Shown here one piece after another: positions 19,270 to 30,979 of a stretch of DNA of 64,000 bases; position 1 is the first letter of the stretch, and each line of letters opens with the position of its first letter. Under the pieces are notes generated by a model. It did not search any database and was not told the origin of the DNA. It was given only the letters and a program-made list of their open reading frames with translations. This DNA comes from Terriglobia bacterium. Its GTDB lineage: Bacteria > Acidobacteriota > Terriglobia > 20CM-2-55-15. The stretch covers positions 256,001-320,000 of the forward strand of contig CBDAOY010000006.1 of the NCBI GenBank assembly GCA_965198225.1, read 5' to 3'. A program made the position numbers and the translations under genes.

Positions 19270-20851
19270 GAAAGGGCCAGGGTATCTCCGAAAAGTTGGT
19301 AACGAATCAACTTTGAAACGAAGGAGATGAACCGATGGCCCGACCTCAGATTAAGCGAAAGGGAGTGGATTGGAAAGAACTGTTAGGAGAGGAAAAGGAT
19401 TTGCTGAAAAGCGTCGTACAGGAGGTGGTTCAAGAGATTCTCGAGGCGGAGATGGACCAGGTCGTGGGCGCGGTCAAGAGTGAACGAACAGGGGGTCGCA
19501 CCGGATATCGGAGTGGCTATTACGGACGGGACCTGGTCACACGGGTGGGCAAGCTGGAGTTGCGCGTGCCGCAGGACCGGGCCGGCCGGTTCAGTACGGA
19601 GGTGTTTGAACGCTACCAACGCAGCGAGAAAGCCTTGGTGGCCAGCTTGGCCGAGATGTACGTGCAGGGCGTGTCAACGCGCAAGGTGAAAGCCATCACC
19701 GAAGAACTATGCGGACATTCGTTTTCGGCCAGCACGATCAGCCGGATTAATCAGACTCTGGACAAGGAGCTGAAAAAGTTTGCAACGCGACGATTGGAGG
19801 AAGAATACCCGTACCTAATTTTGGATGCGCGCTACGAGAAGGTGCGCGAAGACGGGGTCATCCGGAGCCGGGCGGTGCTGGTCGCGATCGGAATCAACTG
19901 GGACGGCCGGCGCGGTGTGTTGGCGGTGGAGCTGGCGGGACGGGAAAGCACGACCAGTTGGCGGCAACTGCTGCTGAGTTTAAAACAACGCGGCCTGTGC
20001 GGGGTGGAGTTCGTGGTGACCGACGATCATCCGGGGTTGAAGAAAGCCATCGCGGAAGTCCTGACCGAAGCGATCTGGCAGCGCTGCTACGTGCACTTTC
20101 TCCGAAACGCATTGGATTATCTGCCGCGCAAAGGCGATGACGATTGCCTCCAGGAACTGCGTTGGCTCTACGATCGGCGGAACCTCCAGGAAGCGCGGCA
20201 GGACCTCGCGGCGTGGTTGAGCAAGTGGGGGCAGAAATATCCCAAACTCTGCGACTGGGTCGAAGACAACATCGACGAGACGCTGAGCTTCTACACGCTG
20301 CCGCTTCAGCATCACAAGCACATGAAATCCACCAATATGCTGGAACGGCTCAACGAAGAGATCAAGCGGCGAACGCGTGTGGTGCGGATATTCCCCAACG
20401 CGGCCAGCTGTCTGCGTTTGATTCGGGCACTGACCACCGAGATGCACGAGAACTGGATCGAAGCGATCCGTTATTTGAACATGGATCTGTTGAAGGAACA
20501 CAAGAAGGACTGGCACCGTCAGACGCCTGCCGCGTGAACGCGTCAAAACGGACCGACCCAAGGATCGGCTCGGAAGCCGATCGTCGATTACAGCGCATCC
20601 TGGAGCGAGGAATCTCTGTGGAAAACTTTCAAAGGGCGAAAGAAAGAGAACCAAAAAAGAAAGAAAGGCAGAGGCCTGATGGAAATGACGCCTCAGAGGA
20701 AATCCGCAACAAGACGCGGATTCCCTCTGAGGCTTGGAAAAGCTTCGCCAAGAACGTTCAGCTTTCCCACATTCCCACAGGCCCGACGGCGATCAACACT
20801 CAAGAACTGACTTTTTCGGAAATACTTTTTGCAGAACTTGACGCACACAAC
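19231..20851 (+). mobile_element. IS256-family insertion sequence
   Basis: Imperfect TIRs gttatgtttcagagtttctgcaaaaag / ctttttgcagaacttgacgcacacaac; no clear target duplication, ends approximate. Confidence 0.75.
19335..20537 (+). CDS. IS256-family transposase
   Basis: RVPQDRAGRF, EMYVQGVSTRKV, WQRCYVHFLRN, STNMLERLNEEIKRR. Confidence 0.96.
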   Translation: MARPQIKRKGVDWKELLGEEKDLLKSVVQEVVQEILEAEMDQVVGAVKSERTGGRTGYRSGYYGRDLVTRVGKLELRVPQDRAGRFSTEVFERYQRSEKALVASLAEMYVQGVSTRKVKAITEELCGHSFSASTISRINQTLDKELKKFATRRLEEEYPYLILDARYEKVREDGVIRSRAVLVAIGINWDGRRGVLAVELAGRESTTSWRQLLLSLKQRGLCGVEFVVTDDHPGLKKAIAEVLTEAIWQRCYVHFLRNALDYLPRKGDDDCLQELRWLYDRRNLQEARQDLAAWLSKWGQKYPKLCDWVEDNIDETLSFYTLPLQHHKHMKSTNMLERLNEEIKRRTRVVRIFPNAASCLRLIRALTTEMHENWIEAIRYLNMDLLKEHKKDWHRQTPAA

Positions 20852-21349
20852 TTTCGACATGCGAAAGTTTCTTGCGGCTTGACGGAAGGGAGCGGGAGAA
20901 CCCTATGCCTAACTGGCGTCGCTACGGTCTCATCCTCCATCGAGAATCATCATGCGTGCGGCACCGACCGCGATCACCGATTCTCATGGACCTTAGACCA
21001 GACAGCCATCTCGCTTGATTGGTTCCCGCTCCCGTTCCGACCCGACTGGTGCTCTGCCCCTCACCCGAGCCTGGAGCTAACTGGCGGCACACGCCGACAC
21101 TTGAGTAGGACGGTACGAGGGTACTGATGAATTTCTAGGTCGCGGTTCGATCCTGAACCGCAGTGCTGAGTCTTGACAGCGCTTGAACCTCAATAGGTGT
21201 TTGGTGCAGCGCATCTCGGCTGCACCGGCAATCGAATCCAAGTCGGAGCACGTCTCTCAACTTCGAATTGGCTCACTGTCGTGAGCCATGAGGATTGGTG
21301 TCGCTCTTGACTCTACGGGGCCTTATAGGTGATAGGTGGCTCCCAGGGA

Positions 21350-21577
21350 CTATGCGAATGTCAGGCGGCCGCGAGGCTGAGGGATGTCTCGGCCGAGTTC
21401 CTTGGCGGTCTCGATCCACTCGCCGATTACGACTTCCGCCTGAGCGAGGGCTTCCTGATAGGTCTGGCCATCCGCGGCGCATCCAGGGAGTTCAGGCACT
21501 TCAGCGATGAAAGCGTTATCGTCGTCGCTCCAGTAGATGATGATCTCGTAGCGGTACTTACTCTTCACTGGGATCAC
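21350..21577 (-). CDS. hicB: HicB-family antitoxin
   Basis: YWSDDDNAFIAEVPELPGCAADGQTYQEAL...GRDIPQP. Confidence 0.9.
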   Translation of the reverse strand: MIPVKSKYRYEIIIYWSDDDNAFIAEVPELPGCAADGQTYQEALAQAEVVIGEWIETAKELGRDIPQPRGRLTFA

Positions 21578-21821
21578 CTCCGAGTCGGTACTTCAGGATA
21601 ACATCCCTGACCTGCTTTACCTGGTAGGGCTTTGCGTTCCGCCCACGGGGTTGCAGATTGAGAATCTCGCTCACTCCTTCCCGCGTAAATATATGGTGAT
21701 CCCCACGAATTCGTTTTTGGAATTCCAGGCGTTCCAAGACCCTACACAGCTCGCCGAAGTCGATTCCGGCGTCTGAAGTGCCCCGAAGGATTCGATCCAA
21801 CGCCTTCCGGAACGAGGTCAT
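21558..21821 (-). CDS. hicA: HicA-family toxin
   Basis: RIRGDHHIF, ILNLQP, AKPYQVKQV; overlaps hicB. Confidence 0.88.
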   Translation of the reverse strand: MTSFRKALDRILRGTSDAGIDFGELCRVLERLEFQKRIRGDHHIFTREGVSEILNLQPRGRNAKPYQVKQVRDVILKYRLGGDPSEE

Positions 21822-22021
21822 ATGGACACTTTACCGCACCTCTCGCCGTCGACTCCCTGAGCTCTGGGAAAATGCGGGTCAAACTTCCGAACCCTTTCGG
21901 ATTCTCAGGTGGAACGCTCGCCGTTCCTTTTCCAGAATCGACAGTCATGTGGATTGATACGCCCTGACCGACCGGAGTCAGGACCTCGATCGCTGCCGAG
22001 TGGATTGTCGGGGTATTCCTG

Positions 22022-24745
22022 CTAATTGTCCGTCGGAACCAGACGCTTCAACTCTTCGAAGAAGTTCAGGACGAGGATCACGGAGGTCGCGGCGGTTTCG
22101 GTGTCGACTGGTCGGGTCGTCAGGAAGCTCTGGTCGTCCAGTGCGACGTCGTACACTCTCGGCCTACCCCCACTGTAGAAAATGCCCGGCATCCGGAACA
22201 GGGGCGTGACAGAGCCAAGCTCGAACGAGTTCTCCGTTGTCGAGAACGTCGCCACCGCGATCTCATTCGTGGCACGGTTCCGGAAGAACAACTCCCGCCC
22301 GTTATGCGCCCAGACGGGTTCGACACCACCGCCGTTTGAAATCGGCCACTTCCCATCGTTGACGTTCGGGAACGGCCGCACGAAGACCTCATTACGGCCC
22401 GTCTCGTTGGACACGTACGCCAGCCAGCGGCCGTCCCGCGAGACTGCGGGGTACGCCTCAAAAAACCTGTCGCTCACGACCAGCGGCTCCGCTTCGCCGT
22501 CCTCGCCGGGTCGCAGCCCGATGATGTCTGAGGTGGGGTGTTCGGGTGGGGCGGGGTTCCTGCGGACCACCAGCCACCCGTCCGGGCTCCAGACACCCTC
22601 CCCACTCGGGGAGTCCGAGTCTCCGTAGACCAACTCGGCCTCCGCCGTGCCGTTGGCCGGCCGCTGCCACACGCGATAAAATTGGCCGGGACCGACAGAA
22701 TTCGAGTTCCCCCGCCTCGACGCGAACGTGATCTCCCGGCCATCGGGCGTCCAGGCCGGGAGCTGTTCCAGAGCATCATCGAAGGTGAGACGGGACATCG
22801 GGCCATCCGGCAGTACCTTGGTCCAGATGTCCACATTCCCGTCCGTTTCGTTCGTGAACACCACCCGGCCGCCATCCGGAGACAGCCGCAGTCCATTGTG
22901 CTGCCCCTCATTTGTCCAACGGAGCGTTTCGCCCGGGCTGACCGGGCTCGCCTCACCCGAACGGGTCACCCACACGAACTCGCGCACGCCAGAAACCCCG
23001 CCCGCAGCATAGACGAGACTGCCGTCCTCCGACACGGCAAAGGCCATGTCACCGAAGAGGCCGATCGTCAGGCCGTCCACAACAGGAACGGCATTCCCTG
23101 TGAACGCCGCACGCGCCACATCGAACGGCGCGGCCATGAGCTGCCCGTCCGGGGTACCGAACAGCAAGTGCCCTGACGCCGCGTAACGCGCCCATCCTCC
23201 CGGTTTCAGCATCTTCCGCTCGCCCGTCTCCAGGTCCATCGACCAAATGGCTGCGTCACTGCTGGATGAATCGCGCAGCACTGTATGCAGCAAGACCTTC
23301 CCACCGGGCATGGGATGGGGGACGTGGGCGAGGTCTCCCTCCGAACGCTGGGTCACCGTTTCGATCTCGCCGCCGGTATCCGGCACGCGGCTGATGGCGA
23401 AGTCCAGGCCCATGAAGTAGAGCCATCCATCGTCGGACCAGGACGCAGTGCGAGCATTTTCTGCCAGTGTCCGGCCCGGTCCCCCGGCAACCGGCACCAC
23501 CCGCAGCGGGCCCGGATTGCCCTGGACGAACGCCACTTCTCTCCCGTCCGGTGAAACCGCAAAGACAGCGCCTCCTCCGACTCCTGCAGTTCCCGGAATC
23601 GGCCGTGCCTCCAGTCCGTTCCAGTTCCGCATCCACAGCTGCGACCCTCCGCTCGTCTCTGCAGGACCCACATAGATGAGAGCCGAACCATCCCGGGTCA
23701 GCTCAAGCCAGCCGGTCGGGGTCTGCCCGTCCTGGAACGGCGTATCGAATCGGGCGATCGAACGCAAAGGTTCGGTCACAGGACGAAGCAGCGACCAACT
23801 GGCGACGACGGCGAACATCGCGGCTAAGACCGTCATCGCGACCGTCAGCCGATTCCAGCGCCCCACCTCCGGTGTCGAGGCCGACAGCTCGCCGCCCGTG
23901 TCGAACGCGCCTTCCAGGGCCAGCCGCATGTCGGCCATGTCGGAGACCCGCTGCTTCGGCTCTCTCTCGAGGCACCGCGTGAGAAACACACGGAGCGTGG
24001 GCGACAGATCGGACGGCAGTGCCTTCCAGGGGACCTCCCCCCGTAGCACCGCTGCCAGAGTGAGCGACACATCTTCGGCCTCGAAGGCACGTTGTCCAGT
24101 GAACATTTCGTAGACCACGCACCCGAAAGCCCAGATGTCGGTGCGCTTGTCGACCGCCTTCCCCCGGGCTTGCTCGGGGCTCATGTAGGCAGCGGTTCCG
24201 AGGATGATCCCCTGCTGCGTCGCCGCCAGGCTCAGCGTGGGAGATTGCGACAAGCTCTCATCCGTCCCATCGCCCGCAAATGCCTTCGCCAACCCGAAGT
24301 CCAGCACCTTCACTTTGCCGTCGGGAGTGACCTTGATGTTGGCGGGTTTCAGGTCCCGGTGGATCACTCCTTTTTCATGGGCCGCTTCGAGAGCCTCGGC
24401 GATCTGGAGTGCGAGCTGGAGGGATTCTTCGACAGGGATCGCACCACGCTTGAGCCGGTCGGCCAGGGTGTCGCCTTCTACGAGTTCGAGGACCAGGAAC
24501 CGCGTGCCTTCGTGTTCCTCTAGGCCGTGGATGGTTGCGATGTTCGGATGGTTCAGGGACGCCAGCAGCTTTGCTTCACGCTCAAACCGGGCCAGCCGTT
24601 CTTCATCTTTGGCGAATTCCTCGGGTAGAGTCTTGATCGCAACCTGCCGCCCCAGCTTCGAGTCCTGCGCCAGCCATACCGATCCCATGCCGCCCTGCCC
24701 GAGCTTGTCGGTGATCTCGTAGTGGCCCAGAGTCTTCCCGATCAT
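22022..24745 (-). CDS. K1: Ser/Thr kinase - TM - TolB/PD40-like beta-propeller receptor
   Basis: 907 aa; GQGGMG, VAIK, HRDLKPAN, DFG, GTAAYMSPEQ; TM helix; SPDG-type repeats; ends VLNFFEELKRLVP. Confidence 0.93.
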   Translation of the reverse strand: MIGKTLGHYEITDKLGQGGMGSVWLAQDSKLGRQVAIKTLPEEFAKDEERLARFEREAKLLASLNHPNIATIHGLEEHEGTRFLVLELVEGDTLADRLKRGAIPVEESLQLALQIAEALEAAHEKGVIHRDLKPANIKVTPDGKVKVLDFGLAKAFAGDGTDESLSQSPTLSLAATQQGIILGTAAYMSPEQARGKAVDKRTDIWAFGCVVYEMFTGQRAFEAEDVSLTLAAVLRGEVPWKALPSDLSPTLRVFLTRCLEREPKQRVSDMADMRLALEGAFDTGGELSASTPEVGRWNRLTVAMTVLAAMFAVVASWSLLRPVTEPLRSIARFDTPFQDGQTPTGWLELTRDGSALIYVGPAETSGGSQLWMRNWNGLEARPIPGTAGVGGGAVFAVSPDGREVAFVQGNPGPLRVVPVAGGPGRTLAENARTASWSDDGWLYFMGLDFAISRVPDTGGEIETVTQRSEGDLAHVPHPMPGGKVLLHTVLRDSSSSDAAIWSMDLETGERKMLKPGGWARYAASGHLLFGTPDGQLMAAPFDVARAAFTGNAVPVVDGLTIGLFGDMAFAVSEDGSLVYAAGGVSGVREFVWVTRSGEASPVSPGETLRWTNEGQHNGLRLSPDGGRVVFTNETDGNVDIWTKVLPDGPMSRLTFDDALEQLPAWTPDGREITFASRRGNSNSVGPGQFYRVWQRPANGTAEAELVYGDSDSPSGEGVWSPDGWLVVRRNPAPPEHPTSDIIGLRPGEDGEAEPLVVSDRFFEAYPAVSRDGRWLAYVSNETGRNEVFVRPFPNVNDGKWPISNGGGVEPVWAHNGRELFFRNRATNEIAVATFSTTENSFELGSVTPLFRMPGIFYSGGRPRVYDVALDDQSFLTTRPVDTETAATSVILVLNFFEELKRLVPTDN

Positions 24746-27463
24746 GGCACCGGTACCCGTTCCTTGAGTTCTTCGAAGAAGTTCTCGACCACGATGACCT
24801 CGGTCGCGGCCGCCTCGCCCTCGCCCTCGTAGGGGCGGACCATCAGGAACCGCTGATCATCTGACGTGATATCGTAGAAGTTGTCGCCCCGGTTCACGTA
24901 GTATTCCGCCGGTACGGTGAACAGCGTCTCCTGCGCCAGCACCTGCCCCGAGCCTGCATCGAACTGGGCAGCCACCAGCCCACGGTCCTCGTCCACGAAG
25001 AACAGCTCACGCCCGCTGTGCGCCCAGAGCGGCCCGAGCCCCCCGTCCCTCGAGATCCGCACCCTGGCCGAGTTCACATCGGGGAGCGGACGCAGGAACA
25101 CCTCGCGGCGGCCCGTTTCGTCGGAACTGTACGCCAGCCATCTCTCGTCCGGCGACAATGCCGGTTCACCCTCGGCAAACTCCGGTGTCGCCACCAGCGG
25201 TATGGCCGCGCTGTCCTCGCCCGGACGGAAAGCCAGGATGTCGCGCAGGCCCAGACCTACAGCCTCGTTTGCCGCGGCGCGGAGCACGAGCCACTCGCCA
25301 TCGGGACTCCACGACCCTTGGGCGAAGGGCCGCTCTTCGTCGAGCACCAGCACCGCTTCTCCCGTTCCGTCAGCACTCTTAGACCATACGTTCCTGTCAC
25401 CCACGGGACCCGAGAAGTACGTCACGGTCTGACCATCGGGCGTCCAGAATGGCCTGAAGTCCTCATCCTCGGCGAACGTGAGCCGCTCCAGCGGACCGTC
25501 GGGCAGGTGCTTGATCCAGATGTCCTGGTTGCGCTCAACCACGGTGGCGAACGCCATCCGCGTCCCGTCCGGTGAAAGCCTCGGCCCGGAGAAGTTAGAC
25601 CTACCGAATGACCATCCGCGATCGACGGATGTCGCCTGGCCCGAGCGCGTTACCCAGACGAACTCGGAGTCGCCGCTCCCACCGCCAGCCTGATACACAA
25701 GCGTGCTGTCGTCCGACAGCGCGAGGTGGACCGAACCGAGGGAGCGCACACCTACACCCTCGGCCAGCGCCACTGGGTCTCCCGCCAGCTGCAGCGCGTC
25801 CTGGTCGAACGAAGCGGCCAGGAGCCTCCCGTCCGCCGTCACGTTGACCAGATGCCCCGACGCTGCGTAGCGGGCGAACACGCCGCGCACGAGGACCTCG
25901 TGCTCCCCGGTCTCCATGTCCGCCACCGCGATGTCGTACTGGCTAAGGTCGCCAATGGGCTCGTGGGCCACCGTGAACAGCACGCCGCGACCGTTGGGGA
26001 GCGCCTGCGGCCAGAGGTGACCCGTCTCGTTTTGTGCTGTGTCGAGCACGGTGAACGGCTCCACCTCGCCGCTCGCCTCCGGCACGCGGAAAAGAGCACT
26101 CCCCCCAGGAGCCGAGAAGTAGATGTAGCCGTCGGGACCCCAGGCGAGCCCCGCAAGTCCAACGCCGCTCTCCACGATCGCCAACGGGGGCCCACCGCTC
26201 AGTGAGACCGCGCGGACCCCGCCACCTGCGTAGAAGGCCACCCTCCGGCCGTCGGCAGAGAAGACGGGGTTCAGCGCTCCTTCGGAGCCCGCGATGGGCG
26301 TCGCCTGGAGTTGATCACGTCGGCGTAGCCAGAGCTGTCGGCCCTGTTCCCCCGGACCCACGTAGACCATCCGAGTCCCGTCCGGTGAGACTGCGACGTT
26401 CGAGCCGAAGCCGTCGCCCCGCTGAGTGACAGGTAACTCGATGCTGTAGCGGCTGACGGGCCTCGCTTCCGGGGCCGAGGGACGGAGGAGCGCCAAGGCG
26501 AGGGTCCCCGCCAGGACGGCGGCGACTGCCGCTAACGCAACCGAGAGCCGGTTCCACCCACCGACGCCCGCAGGGACTCCAGTCCCATCGGCGGTCCCAT
26601 GTCTGGACCCCGGATCAGCCAGTACTTTCTGAATATCCACCCGGACGTCCGCGATGTCGTGGTACCTGTCCTTGGCCTCCTTCTCCAGGCAACGTTCAAG
26701 GAGCAGCCGAATGCGCGGATGCAGGTTCGGTGGCAGGCTTTTCCAGTCCGGTTCTCTCGCAAGCACCCAGGCGAGAACGTCGGACGCAGTGGGGCCTTCA
26801 TAGACTTGCCGCCCGGTCAGCACCTCGAACAAGACGCATCCGAACGCCCAAATATCCGCACGCTTGTCGACTTCCTGCCCTCTCGCCTGCTCCGGGGACA
26901 TGTACGCGGCGGTTCCGAGGATGATCCCCTGCTGCGTCGCCGCCATGCTCAACGTTGGTGAGTTTGAGAGGCTGGCATCGGCACCGTCCCCTATGAATGC
27001 CTTTGCTAACCCGAAGTCCAGCACCTTCACGTTGCCGTCCGGCGTGACCTTGATGTTCGCAGGCTTCAGAATCCCGATGGATGACACCCTTCTCGTGTGC
27101 GGCTTCTAACGCCTCGGCAATCTGCAGGGCGAGTTTGAGGGATTCTTCGACCGGGATGGCACCACGCTTCAGCCGATCCGCCAGCGTGTCGCCTTCGACC
27201 AGTTCCAAGACGAGGAAACGGGTGCCTTCGTGTTCTTCGAGGCCGTGGATCGTGGCGATATTCGGGTGGTTCAACGAAGCAAGCAGTTTCGCTTCGCGTT
27301 CAAACCGGGCAAGGCGCTCTTCGTCCTTGGCGAACTCCTCGGGAAGCGTCTTGATAGCCACCTGCCGGCCCAACTTCACATCCTGCGCCAGCCACACGGA
27401 TCCCATACCGCCCTGGCCGAGCTTGTCGGTGATCTCGTAGTGGCCGAGCGTCTTGCCGATCAT
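24742..27463 (-). pseudogene. K2: kinase-propeller receptor with a +1 frameshift in the HRDLK motif
   Basis: ORFs 26798-27463 and 24742-27087 join if one T is removed from cgggattctgaag (~27071); could be a sequencing error. Confidence 0.85.
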
Positions 27464-29905
27464 GGCACCGGCACCCGTTCCTTCAGTTCTTCGAACCAGT
27501 TGAGGACGATGTTGATTTGGGGCCGTGCGGATTCCGAGGTTTCGGTTTGGTCCGCAGGTATGATGACCACGAATTGTTCCCCATCAGGCATGATGTCGTA
27601 GCTTCGGTAAGTGCCGAATGCCAGGAACCCCTGGATAGGAAGCGCCTGCTCGTTCGTGACTGTGACGGCACCGTTAGTTGAAACGTCGATGCCAATTATT
27701 CTCCGTGCCCCAGCCCCAGCCTGGAAAACCCGTCGGTAAAACAACTCACTTCCGTCTGGCGACCAGAGCGGAAACACCCCGCCGTTCTGTGTGAGCTGAT
27801 ATTTCACACCTGTCGCCGGAACTGGCTGGACGTAAACTTGGTTGGGCCCACTTTCGCTGGAATAGTACGCCAGCCAGTTCCCGTCAGGGGAGAACACCGA
27901 ACCGGCCGGGAGGGAACCGGGCATGGAGTAAAACACTTCCGGTGCGGCCTCACCATCTAGCGATAACGTCCAGATCTCCCTTTCTCCGTCGCTACCAATC
28001 GCCTGAAAGGAAAGAGTGCGTCCATCCGGTGACCAGGACTCCGGCCAATGCCGGACACCTTCTTCGGCATTCGTTAAGGGTTCGGCGACCCCGCTTCCAT
28101 CTGCGGATTGCCACCAAATGCCCGTGGTTCCATCTCTGTCTGAGGCGAAGGTCAAGCGTTCACCATCAGGCGTCCATATGGGTCGGCTGTTGGTGCCTTC
28201 CCTCGTTAGCTGCCGAATAGCTGAGTTACCAGACAGATCGTAAACCCAGACTTGCCCCTCGCCTTCAGGTGTCTGTACCGCAAGCTGCGTTCCATCCGGC
28301 GAAATGCGGGGCGTCAAATATTGAGCGGGCGGGACGTTGAGCGGTTCCACGCCGCCGTTACGGTCTGCCAATGTGAGAGTACCGTTGGCAGTTGATGTGC
28401 CCGCCCCGACAACGTAAACAAGCGAACCATCGGTAGAGAAACTGAAATGTCCCGTGCCGGTTTGGGCTCCTGGTGCTCTTGCCATACCCTCCACAATCGA
28501 AACCGGTCCACCCGTCACTTCCAGACTCGCCAAATCAAACGGAACTGCGAACAGTCCATCCTCAAGCGCATAGGCGAGATGTCCGGTCGGCACGTAGCGG
28601 GCGTCGCTGCCGCCGCTCAGCAACTCTTTCTGCTCGCCCGTGTCCAGTGACTGCACCACAATCTGTGCTTCGTCCCAACGACCGAGCCCTGTTGCGCTTG
28701 TCAGTGTGAACAGCACCGATTTCCCATCCGGCAATGCTTGTGGTCCATGGACTTGCCCTTCCTCGTTCAATACGAGCGTTTCTGGAGTTCCACCGTTGGC
28801 CGAAACCCACATGACGCCGCCGGGTTCACCCCACACGATCATGTCGTCCTCACTCCAACTCACCCCGAAAGGATTGGTCGCCACATCGCATAGCTTCACA
28901 GGTGCTCCGCCGCTGATGGCAATCGTCTTCAACTGTTGGTCCGTCTGGGACCAGTAGCCAACCGACTGACCATCCGGCGAGAAGAACGGGTTGGTCGGGG
29001 TTTCATCAGTCCCCGGTATGGGATGCGCTTCCAACTCGTCCATCGAACGCAAGTACAGTTGCGTGTTGGCAACATAGACGATGTTGGACCCATCGGGGGA
29101 TACCGCTACAAGAGGACGGCCTGCGTTTGTGAAATCCTGATCGCCGGGTAGCACATGGGAGAACCGGCTGATGGGACGGGGTTCGGGCGGTTTCAGGTAC
29201 CAGCCTGCCACCCCAGCGACGATTACGCTGAGAACGACCGCAAGTGCGATCCATCGCAGTATCGGTCTCGGCGGTGCCTGAATGACATCGGCAACCGGCT
29301 GGACCAGCAGACCTTTGGATCGCTCAACGACTGTTCAATCTCAATCCGCACATCCCCAGCAGCCTGCCACCGGTCCTTCGGTTCCTTGTTCAGACACCGT
29401 CGGAGTAGATGCTGAATACTCGGGTGCAGGCTCGTCTGCAATGCCGTGTACTCAGGGTCGCGGGCAAGAACGGATGCCATCACATCCGACACCAATTCAC
29501 CCTGGAACGCTTGCCGCCCGGTCAGCATCTCGAACAGAACGCAGCCGAATGCCCAAATGTCCGCCCGTTTGTCCACTGGCACACCACGTGCTTGCTCTGG
29601 ACTCATGTAAGCCGCGGTGCCGAGAATGATCCCTTGCTGCGTTGCCGCCAGACTCAATGTCGGCGACTGCGACAAGTTCACATCAGCGCCATCTCCGGCG
29701 AATGCTTTGGCCAGCCCGAAGTCCAGCACCTTGACTTTGCCGTCGGGTGTGACCTTGATATTGGCGGGCTTTAGGTCTCGATGAATCACACCCTTCTCAT
29801 GGGCTGCTTCAAGAGCCTCGGCAATCTGGAGTGCGAGCTTCAGGGATTCTTCGACGGGTATAGCCCCACGCCTCAACCGATCGGCCAGCGTGTCGCCTTC
29901 AACTA

Positions 29906-30719
29906 GGGCGTGTTAACACTAATGAGCATGAATGTTTTATAATCAGGCATGGAGATCACACAGGAGCAGTATTGTCGCATCGAGCCGGAACTGCCGCGTC
30001 AGCGGGGCAACGTCAGTCTTTCGAACCTGACGGTCTTGAACGCCATTTTGTATGTGGCTGAGCAGGGCTGCAAGTGGCGCGGTCTGCCCAAGCGCTTTGG
30101 CAACTGGCACACCATCTACACCCGGATGAACCGCTGGTCCAAGAACGGGGTGCTCGACGCCGTCTTCGAAAAACTCCAGCGCGAGCAACTGGTGCGCATC
30201 CGGGTGGAAGCCGTTTCGATGGACTCGACCATTGTGAAGGTGCATCCCGACGGCACAGGAGCGTTAAAAAAAACGGTCCGCAAGCGATCGGCAAATCCCG
30301 CGGTGGATGGACCACCAAGATTCATCTGGTTGCCGCGAATGCTCGAACGGCGATAACGTTTGCGCTCTCGCCCGGCCAAGCGCACGACGCCCCGCAGGGC
30401 CGCGAGCTGCTCGCCGGCCTGGGGCCGTTGCCCGCGCCGCTGCCGCTGCTGATGGACCGTGCCTACCAGGACGACCAGACCCGCCAATTGGCTCTGGATT
30501 TTGGGTGGATTCCCGTCGTGCCGCCCAAGCGCAACCGCTTGGAGCCGTGGGAATACGACCGCGTTCTCTACCGCCGCAGGAACGAAGTCGAGAGGCTCTT
30601 CCGCCGACTCAAAGGTTTCCGGCGTATATTCTCCCGCTTCGATAAACTCGACGTCATGTTCCTCGCCTTCCTTCACTTCGCTCTCATCGTCGAGGCACTA
30701 CGTTAGTGTTAACACGCCC
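29906..30719 (+). mobile_element. IS5-family element (two-ORF type), copy 1
   Basis: TIRs gggcgtgttaacactaa / ttagtgttaacacgccc, TA duplicated within a CTAG target, 814 bp. Confidence 0.93.
29949..30706 (+). CDS. IS5-family transposase, two overlapping ORFs likely joined by -1 frameshift at an A run (~30266-30273)
   Basis: GCKWRGLPKRFGNWHTIYTR, MDSTIVKVH; second frame IGKSRGGWTTKIH, DRAY, RNEVERLFRRLKGFRR. Confidence 0.9.
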
Positions 30720-30979
30720 TAGTTCGAGGACGAGGAACCGCGTGCCGCTGTCTTCTTCCAAGCCGTGGATCGTGGCAATGTTCGGGTGGTTTAGCGAAGC
30801 GAGTAGCTTGGCTTCACGTTCAAACCGCGCCAACCGCTCCTCGTCCTTCGCGAACTCCTCGGGTAGAGTCTTGATCGCAACCTGCCGACCCAGCTTCGAG
30901 TCCTGCGCCAGCCACACCGATCCCATGCCTCCCTGACCGAGCTTGTCGGTGATCTCGTAGTGGCCCAGCGTCTTGCCGA

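Noticed and set aside
20144-21127. 327-aa ORF overlapping the IS256 transposase
   Set aside because: Alternative frame without recognisable motifs; long shadow ORFs are expected at this GC content
21130-21950. hicAB as an additional integron cassette
   Set aside because: No attC-like stem or matching core sites found around it
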